A stretch of 63,992 bases of DNA, filler included. It is 4 parts of 4 records of this genome, joined end to end, with 100 filler letters (N's around TTAATTAATTAA, not from the genome) between each part and the next. Parts side by side here need not be neighbours in the genome. Positions count along the whole stretch, not along the records: positions 44,120 to 60,396 come from SRR20825010_25; positions 60,497 to 63,992 come from SRR20825010_89; 2 more parts are not named here. The stretch is one strand, 5' to 3'. The translations under genes and the position numbers were made by a program. The notes under the pieces were generated by a model. It did no database searches and was not told the origin of the DNA. It was given only the letters and a program-made list of their open reading frames with translations. Of the stretch, positions 51,499 through 61,341 are shown piece by piece. Numbering within the stretch: position 1 is the first letter of the stretch; the number at the start of each line of letters is the position of its first letter.

Positions 51499-52938
51499 TT
51501 AATTAGTTTCACCGTTTGCCATTCCTTTTCGTTCCATTGCTCCCCATTTCTTTTTCTTATTGAAATAATAATCTATATTTCCTCTAATTGCTGCGTATAA
51601 TACAACAGGATGTAGAATAAGAGGTTCGATAAAACATAAGAGGATCAACCTATATCCTGCACCTCTTTTCTTGTATTGATTGTAAGTTAATTCTTCAGAA
51701 TACAAAGCTACTGTTGAAAATAGTACCGAAAAAAAGTAAGCTATCGCAATAAATAACACTGCATATTCCCAATGTACTAAGCCAAAATAAATTAGAATTC
51801 CGAAATAAATTAAACCTGTTAATTCAATAATTGGTGCCAAACGTTCAAAAATTAACCAATAAGGATAGCTTATTAAACCAAACTTGCCATAGTTTTTATT
51901 GAAGGCTATTTTTCGGTGCTTTCTAAGGGTTTCAATAGTACCGCGTGTCCATCTATTTCTTTGAGATATAAGTGTTTTATAATTATCAGGAGCTTCAGTC
52001 CAGCATAATGGATCTGGAATATAAGCCACTCTATATTTTTTGTTTTGTTCCTCCATATAGCGTCTCATTCTAACAATGATTTCCATATCTTCTCCTACGG
52101 TTTTTGTGTCGTAACCACCAACCTCAATTGCTATATTTTTGTCGAAAATGCCAAATGCTCCCGAAATAACTAACAAACCATTTAGCCTACTCCATGCCAT
52201 TCTACCTAGTAAAAATGCTCGTAAATATTCTAAAATCTGCGCTTGAACCAATAGATTTTTTGGCAAATTAACTTCTAGTAACTTCCCTCCTTTTATACGG
52301 CATGAATTCGCAATTCTAATAACTCCACCCGCTGCAATTACTTTATGATCTGATGCCTCCATAAAGGGCTTTATCATTTTTTGAAGTGAATCCTCTAATA
52401 GTAAACAGTCTACATCTATACAGGCTACATATTTACTTTCGCTAATATTTAAACCCATATTTAGCGCATCTGCTTTCCCACCGTTTTCTTTATCTACTAC
52501 AATCAGCTTCTCGAAGGCTGGGTTATTTGATTTAAAAACACCTCTTCTAAATGGTTGGGTTTTTATTTTTCCTTTTACTACATAATCAATATGCTCTAAA
52601 TCATAAGCTTCAATAAGTTTTTCCAAACTATCATCGGCACTTCCATCGTTTACAATAATTACATTATAATTGGGATAATGATTAGAAAGTAACGACCTTA
52701 CGTTTTCTACTACATTAAGACTCTCGTTATAAGCAGGTGCAATAATTGTTACTGAAGGCGATATAGGGGAAGATAAAATGTGATTATAGTTTACAAAACT
52801 ATTTTTTTTAACATACTCTATGGTTTCACGTGCCGAAATTATAGATAATATAATATAGGAAAGTATTGCCAATACAGAACCGGTGAAAAACAAATAATGA
52901 AAAACTTCTATTATAATCTGGGCTGTACTGGTATCCAT
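51499..52938 (-). CDS. Processive GT2 glycosyltransferase (PgaC/IcaA-like)
   Basis: PAYNE, VNDGS, GGKADALN, DVD, ISGAFG, GEDME, QRNRW; N- and C-terminal TMs. Confidence 0.93.
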   Translation of the reverse strand: MDTSTAQIIIEVFHYLFFTGSVLAILSYIILSIISARETIEYVKKNSFVNYNHILSSPISPSVTIIAPAYNESLNVVENVRSLLSNHYPNYNVIIVNDGSADDSLEKLIEAYDLEHIDYVVKGKIKTQPFRRGVFKSNNPAFEKLIVVDKENGGKADALNMGLNISESKYVACIDVDCLLLEDSLQKMIKPFMEASDHKVIAAGGVIRIANSCRIKGGKLLEVNLPKNLLVQAQILEYLRAFLLGRMAWSRLNGLLVISGAFGIFDKNIAIEVGGYDTKTVGEDMEIIVRMRRYMEEQNKKYRVAYIPDPLCWTEAPDNYKTLISQRNRWTRGTIETLRKHRKIAFNKNYGKFGLISYPYWLIFERLAPIIELTGLIYFGILIYFGLVHWEYAVLFIAIAYFFSVLFSTVALYSEELTYNQYKKRGAGYRLILLCFIEPLILHPVVLYAAIRGNIDYYFNKKKKWGAMERKGMANGETN

Positions 52939-52999
52939 TTTTATATATTAACTTTTTAATAGCTGGATTTAAAAAAAACCTTTCTATCCAAAAATAATT

Positions 53000-53911
53000 T
53001 TAAACAAGTCCGATTTGATTTTCATTTTTTGAATTACTAAAATTTAACTTTGGTAATTCTCCTGTCTCATAACCAAACAATTTATTTTGCACAACTTTAG
53101 CATATTGCCTTACTTCTAAGTCATGATGAGAGAGTAACTCAATAAGTATATCTTTTAACTGAAATTGATTGTAAATTTTAACCAATTTTAATGCAAATAA
53201 AACAACGCTTACATTTGATGATTTTAGCCAAGGTTTTAAATCGCAAATTTGTTGATTTTCTATATTTAGTAACGCTTCAAGTAGTTGTAATTGATGCCAT
53301 TCTGATAAGGGTTGTTCCAAATCGTCTAAAAAATTAAGTCCTTTAAACTTAAACAAATGCACTAAATACAATTGTGCTTCTTTCCTTACTTCGATACGTG
53401 GGTGATTGATATATTCTGAAATTTCATCTTGAGCTTCTTGTATTTTGAAACGTCTTAACTCTCCAATAGCTTTAGCAGTCAAATGCCATTTTTTACTTTT
53501 CAATCGATCTTTAGCATAATTAATAAGTCCAGTTTTATAATATAATGTTTGAATAGCTTCAGACATTTCACCAGAAACTTCATTCATTAAATTGCTTAAA
53601 ACCGTAATAACACTTTTTCGTCTTGGAGTTATTTTAATATCCTCCTTGATTTTAAGAATAATTGATTGCTGCTTATCGCTGAATGCTCCTACTTCAACTC
53701 CAGAAAATAAATACTCTATTATTAATGCCTCGTATTCTTTTTTATAACTTAAAATTTCTTTGTCTTTTATATTTAAAAAAGAGCGTATGATTTTTAAACT
53801 TATTATTAGTATGATGATGGTTATAATCATGACAATAACCACCATAATTGCAAATTGTATTAAAAATGATGCTTCACCGAAAGACTCCAATAATTGTTGG
53901 TATATATTCAC
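53000..53911 (-). CDS. Membrane-anchored HEAT-repeat protein
   Basis: One N-terminal TM; helical repeats (AKAIGEL, EVRKEAQ, VVLFALK, EVRQYA). Confidence 0.75.
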   Translation of the reverse strand: MNIYQQLLESFGEASFLIQFAIMVVIVMIITIIILIISLKIIRSFLNIKDKEILSYKKEYEALIIEYLFSGVEVGAFSDKQQSIILKIKEDIKITPRRKSVITVLSNLMNEVSGEMSEAIQTLYYKTGLINYAKDRLKSKKWHLTAKAIGELRRFKIQEAQDEISEYINHPRIEVRKEAQLYLVHLFKFKGLNFLDDLEQPLSEWHQLQLLEALLNIENQQICDLKPWLKSSNVSVVLFALKLVKIYNQFQLKDILIELLSHHDLEVRQYAKVVQNKLFGYETGELPKLNFSNSKNENQIGLV

Positions 53912-54300
53912 GAAAAGTGGTTTTTTTTCACACTAAATAATCTTTTAACTCTAATAACTAATTCATTAGGACTAAATGGTTTCGTCATAAAATCGCTGGC
54001 TCCTAAGCTAAAGGCTTTTAAAACCATTTCTTCCTGTCCTGCAGAAGAAAATATGATAACAGGTGTTTCTTTTTTTAATTTGTTTCTAATATGGCTTATT
54101 ACTTCAAGACCGCTATAAAAAGGCATCATAATATCAGTTAAAACCAAATCTGGATTGTGATTTTCTACCAATTCAACAGCACTTTTACCATCGGCTGCAA
54201 TTAAAATTTCAAAACCTTCTTTTTCTAACCTATACTTTAATAGTAACGATAAGGTTGAGTTATCTTCAGCTAAAACTATTTTATGACGCTGCATTTTCAA
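53908..54300 (-). CDS. Single-domain response regulator
   Basis: LAEDN, LTDIMMP, FSSA, KPFSP. Confidence 0.93.
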   Translation of the reverse strand: MKMQRHKIVLAEDNSTLSLLLKYRLEKEGFEILIAADGKSAVELVENHNPDLVLTDIMMPFYSGLEVISHIRNKLKKETPVIIFSSAGQEEMVLKAFSLGASDFMTKPFSPNELVIRVKRLFSVKKNHFS

Positions 54301-54655
54301 TTGATTTAAGTTCGCTTAATAATTCCGTTTTAACCTTATTAAAAATTTCAACACTAGTATTAATGTCTTCGTTAATACATTCCAATTCCTCTTGATTTTT
54401 TAATTTAGATTCCAATCTTATAATGATAGGCTCTAATTTAACAATGTTAAAAATCCTTATACTTGGTATTATTTTATGAGTCACTTGATATAATGCAGGG
54501 AAGTTATTAGTTTTCAATTCGCTATTCATAGTATTTACGTACACATCAATATCCTTAATGAATGACTCAATAAGCATCTTACAAATGGTCGAATTTCCTT
54601 CTACTTCTTCCATTAATGGACCTATATCTATATAGCTATTTTTTAATGTATTCAT
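54281..54655 (-). CDS. Hpt (histidine phosphotransfer) domain protein
   Basis: 124 aa, helical; THKIIPS resembles the HxxKxS Hpt motif; adjacent to a receiver gene. Confidence 0.7.
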   Translation of the reverse strand: MNTLKNSYIDIGPLMEEVEGNSTICKMLIESFIKDIDVYVNTMNSELKTNNFPALYQVTHKIIPSIRIFNIVKLEPIIIRLESKLKNQEELECINEDINTSVEIFNKVKTELLSELKSIENAAS

Positions 54656-54970
54656 TGGTTCGTTTCATTATATTCTAAAACGATTATAACTAACTGATAT
54701 CTAGCATATATTTATGTGTAATTATCAAAATCACAACCATTTTTTTTAAAGACATAATACGAAATATAACACTTAAAGTCGGTATAAAGCAAATAATATC
54801 GTTAATATGTATAATTTTATCCTGAATCTTCTTTTAAAACCACTGTTATTAAGCTACAAAGCTTTACATATTCAATGAGTATACTATTTATTTAAAAGTT
54901 GATGAATGATATAGTTGGATACTTTTAATAATAGCCATTATATAAAAAATAAGTAATTCCTTTTTTATGC

Positions 54971-55007
54971 AAAAATCCCCGTTATCGTAATGATGACGGG
55001 GATTTTT
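54971..55007. terminator. Intrinsic terminator of the efflux operon
   Basis: AAAAATCCCCGTTATC...GATGACGGGGATTTTT. Confidence 0.75.
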
Positions 55008-55091
55008 ATTTTTGAGTGTCTATTCAGTAAAATAAAGTTATTATTTTACATTAAATAAACTTATAATATCTTTTGAAGCTTTATATGTAAT

Positions 55092-56507
55092 TCAAATATT
55101 TCCGCGGTAAAATTCTAAAACCTTTATTCTAAGCAGGTACTCATACCCCACATTAGCCAAATTAATCTGCGCGTTTTCCAAATTGTTTTTACTTATAATG
55201 TATTCAACACTGTTGGATACCCCATTGTTAAAACGAATCTCATTAATGCGAAAAGACTCCCTATAAGCTTCTACTTGTGCTTGCAGTAGCTTGTAGCGTT
55301 CAAAAGAAGTTTTCATTATATTATAAGATTGTTTAACTGCTTGATGAAGGTCGCGCTTTGTTTTCTCTAAGGCAGTTTGTGCTTCTTCTTTTTTAATTTT
55401 TTCTAATGCAACAGTATTCTTTGCTCTAAAACCATTAAAAATAGGAACAGTAACTGCTACTCCAATTGAAGAATTAAGGTTATTATCAAATTGGTCGTTA
55501 TATGAAATTTCTTCACTCCTAAAATTTGATTGGTCCGTCATTACTTTAAAATCTTGATTGCCAATTGTTACAAAATCGCCTGTCTCCATAATACTTGTTC
55601 CTGTTTCATTAAAAAGACGTGCTGCACTAGAATAATTTGTGTTTAGATTTGCAAAAAGACTTATTTCGGGAATGTATTGAGCACGAGCCACAGCTACCCC
55701 TTTTTCCGCAGCTTTTAGGCTTAAATTGCTAGCTTTAATCGAAGGAAATACTTCCAGAGCTTGTAAATAAATTTCACTTGCAGTATATGGGTATTCTTCA
55801 ATTTCTAATTTTTGATTTAGAGAAGCAACTGTAATCTCCTTATCTGAATTTAATAAGGTCTTCATTGTTAAAATTTCTGTTTCAAGCATATTTTCACTTT
55901 CCACTAAACTTGAAGCAGCTGCAGCCATTTGTCCTTGCAAATCTCTGAATTCAGCAGGGTTTCCTGTTTCTTCTTCATAAAGCGCTTTAAGCCTATCCAA
56001 TTGCACCTGAGTGGTTGCAACACTTGCCTTAGCCAGTTTTACTAAATCCTGTAAATTCAAAATTTGAAGATAACTCAACGTTACATTTAAAATCAAGGTT
56101 TGTTTAGCAGTCTCTGTTTCCATTTCAGTTGCTTCTAGGTTTAATTTTGCCTGTTTCCAGCTATTTAGAAGTCTAAATCCATTAAAAATAGTAGCATCCA
56201 GCCCCAATCCAGCATTAGAGAATGTAAGTTGTTCGTTTACAAAAGCATTTGTAAAAGGATCAATGCTACGGCCGTTTGAGATTCCCAAATTGTAACTGCC
56301 ATTTATTGTTGGTAGCAGTGCATTTTTATTTTGCTTGAAGTAAATATCACTTGTTTTTTCGGCTAAAAGTGATTGCTTTAAATCCAAGTTATTTTTTAAT
56401 GCTACATCAATACATTCTTCCAGCGTGAGCACGGTTCTTTCTTCATTTTGAGAAAAAACAAAAAAAGGAAGACATAAAAAGAAAATGAAAACGATTTTAT
56501 ATTTCAT
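55092..56507 (-). CDS. TolC-family outer-membrane efflux protein
   Basis: LTLEECIDVALKNN, LLPTI, PIFNGF, RFNNG motifs. Confidence 0.92.
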   Translation of the reverse strand: MKYKIVFIFFLCLPFFVFSQNEERTVLTLEECIDVALKNNLDLKQSLLAEKTSDIYFKQNKNALLPTINGSYNLGISNGRSIDPFTNAFVNEQLTFSNAGLGLDATIFNGFRLLNSWKQAKLNLEATEMETETAKQTLILNVTLSYLQILNLQDLVKLAKASVATTQVQLDRLKALYEEETGNPAEFRDLQGQMAAAASSLVESENMLETEILTMKTLLNSDKEITVASLNQKLEIEEYPYTASEIYLQALEVFPSIKASNLSLKAAEKGVAVARAQYIPEISLFANLNTNYSSAARLFNETGTSIMETGDFVTIGNQDFKVMTDQSNFRSEEISYNDQFDNNLNSSIGVAVTVPIFNGFRAKNTVALEKIKKEEAQTALEKTKRDLHQAVKQSYNIMKTSFERYKLLQAQVEAYRESFRINEIRFNNGVSNSVEYIISKNNLENAQINLANVGYEYLLRIKVLEFYRGNI

Positions 56508-56524
56508 GATTTTGAAAAGTTGAA

Positions 56525-57193
56525 TTAAATATTATTTCGACCTCCATCTAAAAGATGCAGCGTTCGTGAACCATAAGCCGCATTGGCTTCTGAATGGGTC
56601 GCTTGAATAATGGTAACCCCTTCATAATTAAGCTCTTTAAAAAGTTGCATAATTTCCTCACTTTGTTTTGAATTGAGATTTCCAGTAGGTTCATCCGCTA
56701 AAATAAGTTTTGGTTTTGCAATTAAGGCTCGCGCTATACCTACTAATTGCTGCTGCCCACCACTCAACTGACTCGGAAAAAGATCTTTTTTACCTACAAT
56801 GTTAAACCTGTCTAAAATATCAGCTACCAGTGCTTTTCGTTCGGAAGATTTTACATTTTTGTATAGAAGTGGGGTCTCAATATTTTCATAAACCGTAAGT
56901 TCATCTATCAAATGATACGCTTGAAAAACAAAACCTATATATTCTTTATACAATTTTGAACGGTTTTTATCTTTCATAGCATGAACAGGTTCACCTAAAA
57001 AATTATATTCTCTTTCCTGAAAACCATCGAGCATCCCTATAACATTTAGTAGTGTTGATTTCCCAGAACCAGATGGTCCCATAATTGAAATAAACTCGCC
57101 TTCTTCAACTTTCAGATTTATATCTTTCAATAGAAAAATTCGATTTCCACCTTGGATTACACATTTGAAGATGTTGTTTAATTCTAGTAGCAT
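56525..57193 (-). CDS. ABC transporter ATP-binding protein (MacB/LolD-like)
   Basis: [24 protein letters not shown]. Confidence 0.95.
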   Translation of the reverse strand: MLLELNNIFKCVIQGGNRIFLLKDINLKVEEGEFISIMGPSGSGKSTLLNVIGMLDGFQEREYNFLGEPVHAMKDKNRSKLYKEYIGFVFQAYHLIDELTVYENIETPLLYKNVKSSERKALVADILDRFNIVGKKDLFPSQLSGGQQQLVGIARALIAKPKLILADEPTGNLNSKQSEEIMQLFKELNYEGVTIIQATHSEANAAYGSRTLHLLDGGRNNI

Positions 57194-57213
57194 AATTTTT
57201 ATTTCTTTTAGTA

Positions 57214-59634
57214 TTATTCCGTTTTTAAACTCTCCACTGGGTTTTTCAATGCAGCCTGGATGGTGCGGAAACTAATAGTTAAAACTGCTATTATTAAAGC
57301 TAATATTCCTGCAACCAAGAAAATCCAAATATTCAATTCAATGCGATACACATAGTTTTGAAGCCATTGTGAAGTGGCATACCAAGCAATAGGCGTAGCG
57401 ATTATAAAAGAAATTCCCACCAGTTTTAGGAAGTCTTTAGCCAACAAAACAGTAATGGTTGTTACACTGGCGCCAACTACTTTTCGAATACCAATCTCTT
57501 TTCTCCTTTGTGAAACAACCAATAATGAAATTGCAAAAAGTCCGATGCAACTTAAAATAATTGCTAAAATGGAACCACTCGAAATCATAGTAGTCATTGT
57601 GCGTTCCTTGTTCAAGGTTCTGTCTATATTTTCATCTAAATAGGAACCTAAAAACTGGGTGTCTGGTTCAATTTTATTCCAAACTTTTTTTACGGCTTCA
57701 TATGTTTGCGAAAGATTTGCTGGTGCTACCTTAACATAAGCATACCGCATAGGAGCATTGCCATCCATAAAAAAAGTAATAGACTCCACCCCTTTATCCA
57801 ATTCTTGGAAATTAAAATCCTTTACAACACCAATAACTGAATACTGAATAGAATCGGCCAAAAAGAAACGAAGACCTACTGGGTTTTCCTCACCAAGTTC
57901 CTTAACCATCGCTTCATTAATTAAAACACTTAGACTATCAGCTGGATGGCTTCTATTAAAATTTCTTCCATTTAACAATTTAATGTCTAAGGTTTCGATA
58001 TAATCATAATCAACCCAAAGCATGTTTGTGGACACTTCCCTATTTTTATAATCAAAACCCAGCACAGATGTACTATTAGATCCATCTCTACCCAATCCTA
58101 AAACATTATCGGAAGCGCTTACACTTAATATATCTGGGTTTGCTGCAAGTTCGTTTCGAAGTAATTGAAGTATATTGTTGCGATTCTGCTTTGTATTTAA
58201 AGGAAATGAAAGAACCTGTTCTTTATTAAAACCAAGATCTTTATTTCGTAAATAGTCCAATTGTTGCCATAAAACCAAAGTACCACTGATTAAAATAATA
58301 GCAATACTAAACTGTATTACCATCAAAACATTTCTGAGTCTGTTTTTTCCATTCACCTCCAATTTTCCTTTTAATCCCTGCAATGTGCCTAGTCTGCTCA
58401 TTAAAAGTGCAGGGTAACCGCCTGCAATTAGTGTGATTAATAATATAGAAATGATTGCACTAAAAATCATTAAGGGATTGGATATAGAAATAAAAGAAGC
58501 CCGTGTATCGAATAGTGTTTGAAAAGGTTTTAATAATGAAAATGCAAGTAATCCACCCAGAGCTACTGCAAGCATAAATACCAGGATGCTTTCACCCCAA
58601 AATTGAAAAAATAATTGTGATTTTCCAGCACCCAAGGTTTTGCGCATCCCTACTTCACGAAGACGTTGCGCGCTTTTTGCAAGACTCATATTTATAAAAT
58701 TCACACTAGCTATAAAAAGAATAAGAAACGCAATAGCTAGGACAATATATTGAAGGGTTTTACTTACAGAAAGTAGCCCGTCTTTGATAACTACAAAGCT
58801 CTGGTTTTCTACAGGAAGCAATTTTATCTGTCTGAAATTACCCTCCGCATTTGGTTGTGCCCCGTCACGCTTTGCATTTACAATTTCGTCTGCAAAATGC
58901 AGTGAAGAAAAATCTTTTGTAGCCTTTTCAAATTGTGCTGGACTAATCCCTGATGCTAATTTCATATAAACAGGATGGTTATGGGCATCCCAACGGTCTA
59001 TATTATCAGCATAAAAACCATCTGGTAAGTTTTTAAAATTTAGAAGTGCGCCAAAATTAATACTACTTGCCGCGGGAATATCTTCAATAATTGCAGTAAC
59101 AGTAACAGGAACTTCTTCACCATTCATTTGAATACTAATGGTTTTACCAAGAGCAGGGTCTTTTCCAAACATGGCCGCAGCAGTTTTTTTAGACAATACA
59201 ATTGAAAACTTATTTGAAAGTGGGTTAACAGCATCTCCTTCGGCAATTGGAAATGAAAAGATTTCAAAAAATGCTGGGTCAGCCCAAGCGGTACCAAATC
59301 TAAACGTATTCCCGTTGTAAGTAAGTAGTGGCCCACCTGTAACATACCTCGTGATTTTTTCAACACCTGGCACTTCTTCTTTTAATGCTTCAGCGAAAGG
59401 TATTGGGTTGGCCTCACTAGATTCCACCCCTTTACTAGTTTGCTCGTTTGTATAAATTTGATAAATAGAACCAATATTCTTATGAAATTTATCATAAGAA
59501 AGTTCAAAAAAGGCATACATGCACAATAAAAAAGCAACTCCAAAAGCAGCCGTTAGACCAACGATGTTTAGCGCTGTAAAAGTTCTATCCTTCCAAAGAT
59601 TTCGTAAAGCGATTTTTATATAATTCCTAATCAT
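57214..59634 (-). CDS. ABC transporter permease (MacB/FtsX-type, tandem repeat)
   Basis: MIRNYIKIALRNL, REVGMRKTLGA, KDLGFNKEQ, EIGIRKVVGA, NPVESLKTE. Confidence 0.93.
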   Translation of the reverse strand: MIRNYIKIALRNLWKDRTFTALNIVGLTAAFGVAFLLCMYAFFELSYDKFHKNIGSIYQIYTNEQTSKGVESSEANPIPFAEALKEEVPGVEKITRYVTGGPLLTYNGNTFRFGTAWADPAFFEIFSFPIAEGDAVNPLSNKFSIVLSKKTAAAMFGKDPALGKTISIQMNGEEVPVTVTAIIEDIPAASSINFGALLNFKNLPDGFYADNIDRWDAHNHPVYMKLASGISPAQFEKATKDFSSLHFADEIVNAKRDGAQPNAEGNFRQIKLLPVENQSFVVIKDGLLSVSKTLQYIVLAIAFLILFIASVNFINMSLAKSAQRLREVGMRKTLGAGKSQLFFQFWGESILVFMLAVALGGLLAFSLLKPFQTLFDTRASFISISNPLMIFSAIISILLITLIAGGYPALLMSRLGTLQGLKGKLEVNGKNRLRNVLMVIQFSIAIILISGTLVLWQQLDYLRNKDLGFNKEQVLSFPLNTKQNRNNILQLLRNELAANPDILSVSASDNVLGLGRDGSNSTSVLGFDYKNREVSTNMLWVDYDYIETLDIKLLNGRNFNRSHPADSLSVLINEAMVKELGEENPVGLRFFLADSIQYSVIGVVKDFNFQELDKGVESITFFMDGNAPMRYAYVKVAPANLSQTYEAVKKVWNKIEPDTQFLGSYLDENIDRTLNKERTMTTMISSGSILAIILSCIGLFAISLLVVSQRRKEIGIRKVVGASVTTITVLLAKDFLKLVGISFIIATPIAWYATSQWLQNYVYRIELNIWIFLVAGILALIIAVLTISFRTIQAALKNPVESLKTE

Positions 59635-59685
59635 ATTATTTTAGTGTTTTACTTTAGTAGCTGAAACATTCCCTACTTCCCTATT

Positions 59686-60396
59686 CTATTCCGTTCTTAA
59701 ACTTTTTACTGGATTGGCGATGGCTGCTTTAATTGCCTGAAAACTCACGGTTACAAGAGCAATACAAACTGCTGCTATTCCGGCAAAAGCAAACACCCAC
59801 CAATTAATTTCTGTTCGGTATGCAAAATCCAGTAACCATTTACGCATTAACCAATAACCTATGGGTGCAGCGATTACAAATGCTATCAATACCAATTTTA
59901 AAAAGTCTTTTGACAATAGCTGAGTTATTCCTGCAACAGTAGCTCCTAAAACTTTTCGTACGCCAATTTCCTTGGTACGCTCCTCAGCGGTGAAAGCGGC
60001 TAAACCAAACAAGCCTAAACAGGCTATAAAAATGGCCAAGCCCGAAAAAATGGTTGCAGTATTCGCTGTTTTCTCTTCAGAAGCATATAAATGTGCCACT
60101 TGTTTGTCAACAAACTGATAATCGAAAGCTGTGTTTGGTAGGTTACCTGTAAAAGTTTTTTGCAAATGCTCCATAAACTGAGGCAGATTTTGGGTATTAT
60201 AGCGTACCAAAAGCGTCCGAATACCTTCTGGAGCACTTGTTGACTTATAATACATATAGCCTCCAATATCCTCTTTAAGCGAATTGAAATTAAAATTCTC
60301 TACTACCCCCGTTATTATAGATTTATCGCCAAGTTCAGTATTAATCAATTTACCCACAGCATCATTCGCGTTTTGGTAGCCTAGGTAGTTTAGTAT
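59686..60396 (-). CDS. ABC transporter permease, C-terminal part (5' end lost in the gap)
   Basis: Frame open up to the gap; RTKEIGVRKVLGA, NPVKSLRTE. Confidence 0.9.
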   Translation of the reverse strand: MLNYLGYQNANDAVGKLINTELGDKSIITGVVENFNFNSLKEDIGGYMYYKSTSAPEGIRTLLVRYNTQNLPQFMEHLQKTFTGNLPNTAFDYQFVDKQVAHLYASEEKTANTATIFSGLAIFIACLGLFGLAAFTAEERTKEIGVRKVLGATVAGITQLLSKDFLKLVLIAFVIAAPIGYWLMRKWLLDFAYRTEINWWVFAFAGIAAVCIALVTVSFQAIKAAIANPVKSLRTE

Positions 60397-60496
60397 NNNN
60401 NNNNNNNNNNNNNNNNNNNNNNNNNNNNNNNNNNNNNNNNTTAATTAATTAANNNNNNNNNNNNNNNNNNNNNNNNNNNNNNNNNNNNNNNNNNNN
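60397..60496. other. Artificial contig linker/gap
   Basis: 44 N + TTAATTAATTAA + 44 N. Confidence 0.97.
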
Positions 60497-60498
60497 AG

Positions 60499-60837
60499 CT
60501 AGTGTAGTAAAGCTCCGTTTGGCACTGTTCTTTCCACGGAGGTCAGAATAATATTTCCTTCCTCATCGCTGAATCCTGTGATCAATATCTCAGACATAAA
60601 ATCAGCTATTTGCCGGGGCATAAAATTACAAACACATACAACTTGACGCCCAATTAAATCCTCAGGCTGATAATGAACAGTGATTTGAGCTGAAGATTTC
60701 CTTACTCCAATCTCATCTCCTAAGTCAACCCAAATTTTATAGGCAGGTTTTCGCGCTTTTTCAAACGGTTCGGCTCTCAGAATAGTGCCTACACGCAATT
60801 CTATTTTGTCAAATTCTTTGTACTCAATCGTTTGCAT
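60499..60837 (-). CDS. csaA: CsaA-like tRNA-binding/export chaperone
   Basis: ELRVGTI, ARKPAYK, SSAQIT, NFMPRQIA, VPNG; start MQTIEY at 60837. Confidence 0.88.
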   Translation of the reverse strand: MQTIEYKEFDKIELRVGTILRAEPFEKARKPAYKIWVDLGDEIGVRKSSAQITVHYQPEDLIGRQVVCVCNFMPRQIADFMSEILITGFSDEEGNIILTSVERTVPNGALLH

Positions 60838-60911
60838 AGTGGTTTTTTTTCCTAATTTTAGGAACCTTTTACAAGAACCCAAAGTAAGATATAAGGTAAC
60901 CTCTTCTAACT

Positions 60912-61265
60912 ATGATAGCAACTTCCAAAGTTTCTTTTAAAAAAATCATCTTTTTCGGCATTTCTGTGTTGGGAATGTGTGCTTATGCAGGAGATACTAT
61001 GGCTCAAAGTGAAAAAGAGAAATCAGAGATGGATAATGTAAAGCCTATTGATAAGCCATTAATGGAAAATCATACTGATATTCTGAATGATAATCACTTA
61101 TTGGGCAGTCCTAGTTCTTCTGGTGTAACTGTAACAACGAGTAAAATTTCTCCTATAAAAAAGGATAACTTATTAAGTGGAGAAGGAAAAAAAGCTGAAC
61201 CAGCACCATCTACTTTGTCTTTTAATATTTTTCTCTACATCGTAGATAAGTTCAAAGCGGATTAA
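60912..61265 (+). CDS. Hypothetical exported protein
   Basis: Signal-like N-terminus; C-terminal STLSFNIFLYIVDKFK; followed by a terminator. Confidence 0.7.
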   Translation: MIATSKVSFKKIIFFGISVLGMCAYAGDTMAQSEKEKSEMDNVKPIDKPLMENHTDILNDNHLLGSPSSSGVTVTTSKISPIKKDNLLSGEGKKAEPAPSTLSFNIFLYIVDKFKAD

Positions 61266-61285
61266 TCTCATACAAATAACCACTA

Positions 61286-61323
61286 ACAAATAAGCCCGAC
61301 GATTAATCGCCGGGCTTATTTGT
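61286..61323. terminator. Bidirectional intrinsic terminator
   Basis: ACAAATAAGCCCGACGAT-TA-ATCGCCGGGCTTATTTGT between convergent genes. Confidence 0.75.
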
Positions 61324-61341
61324 GTTATATGCTTTCAGACG

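Noticed and set aside
29856-60496. TTAATTAATTAA palindrome occurring three times
   Set aside because: Always centred in 44+44 N; a six-frame-stop assembly linker, not biology
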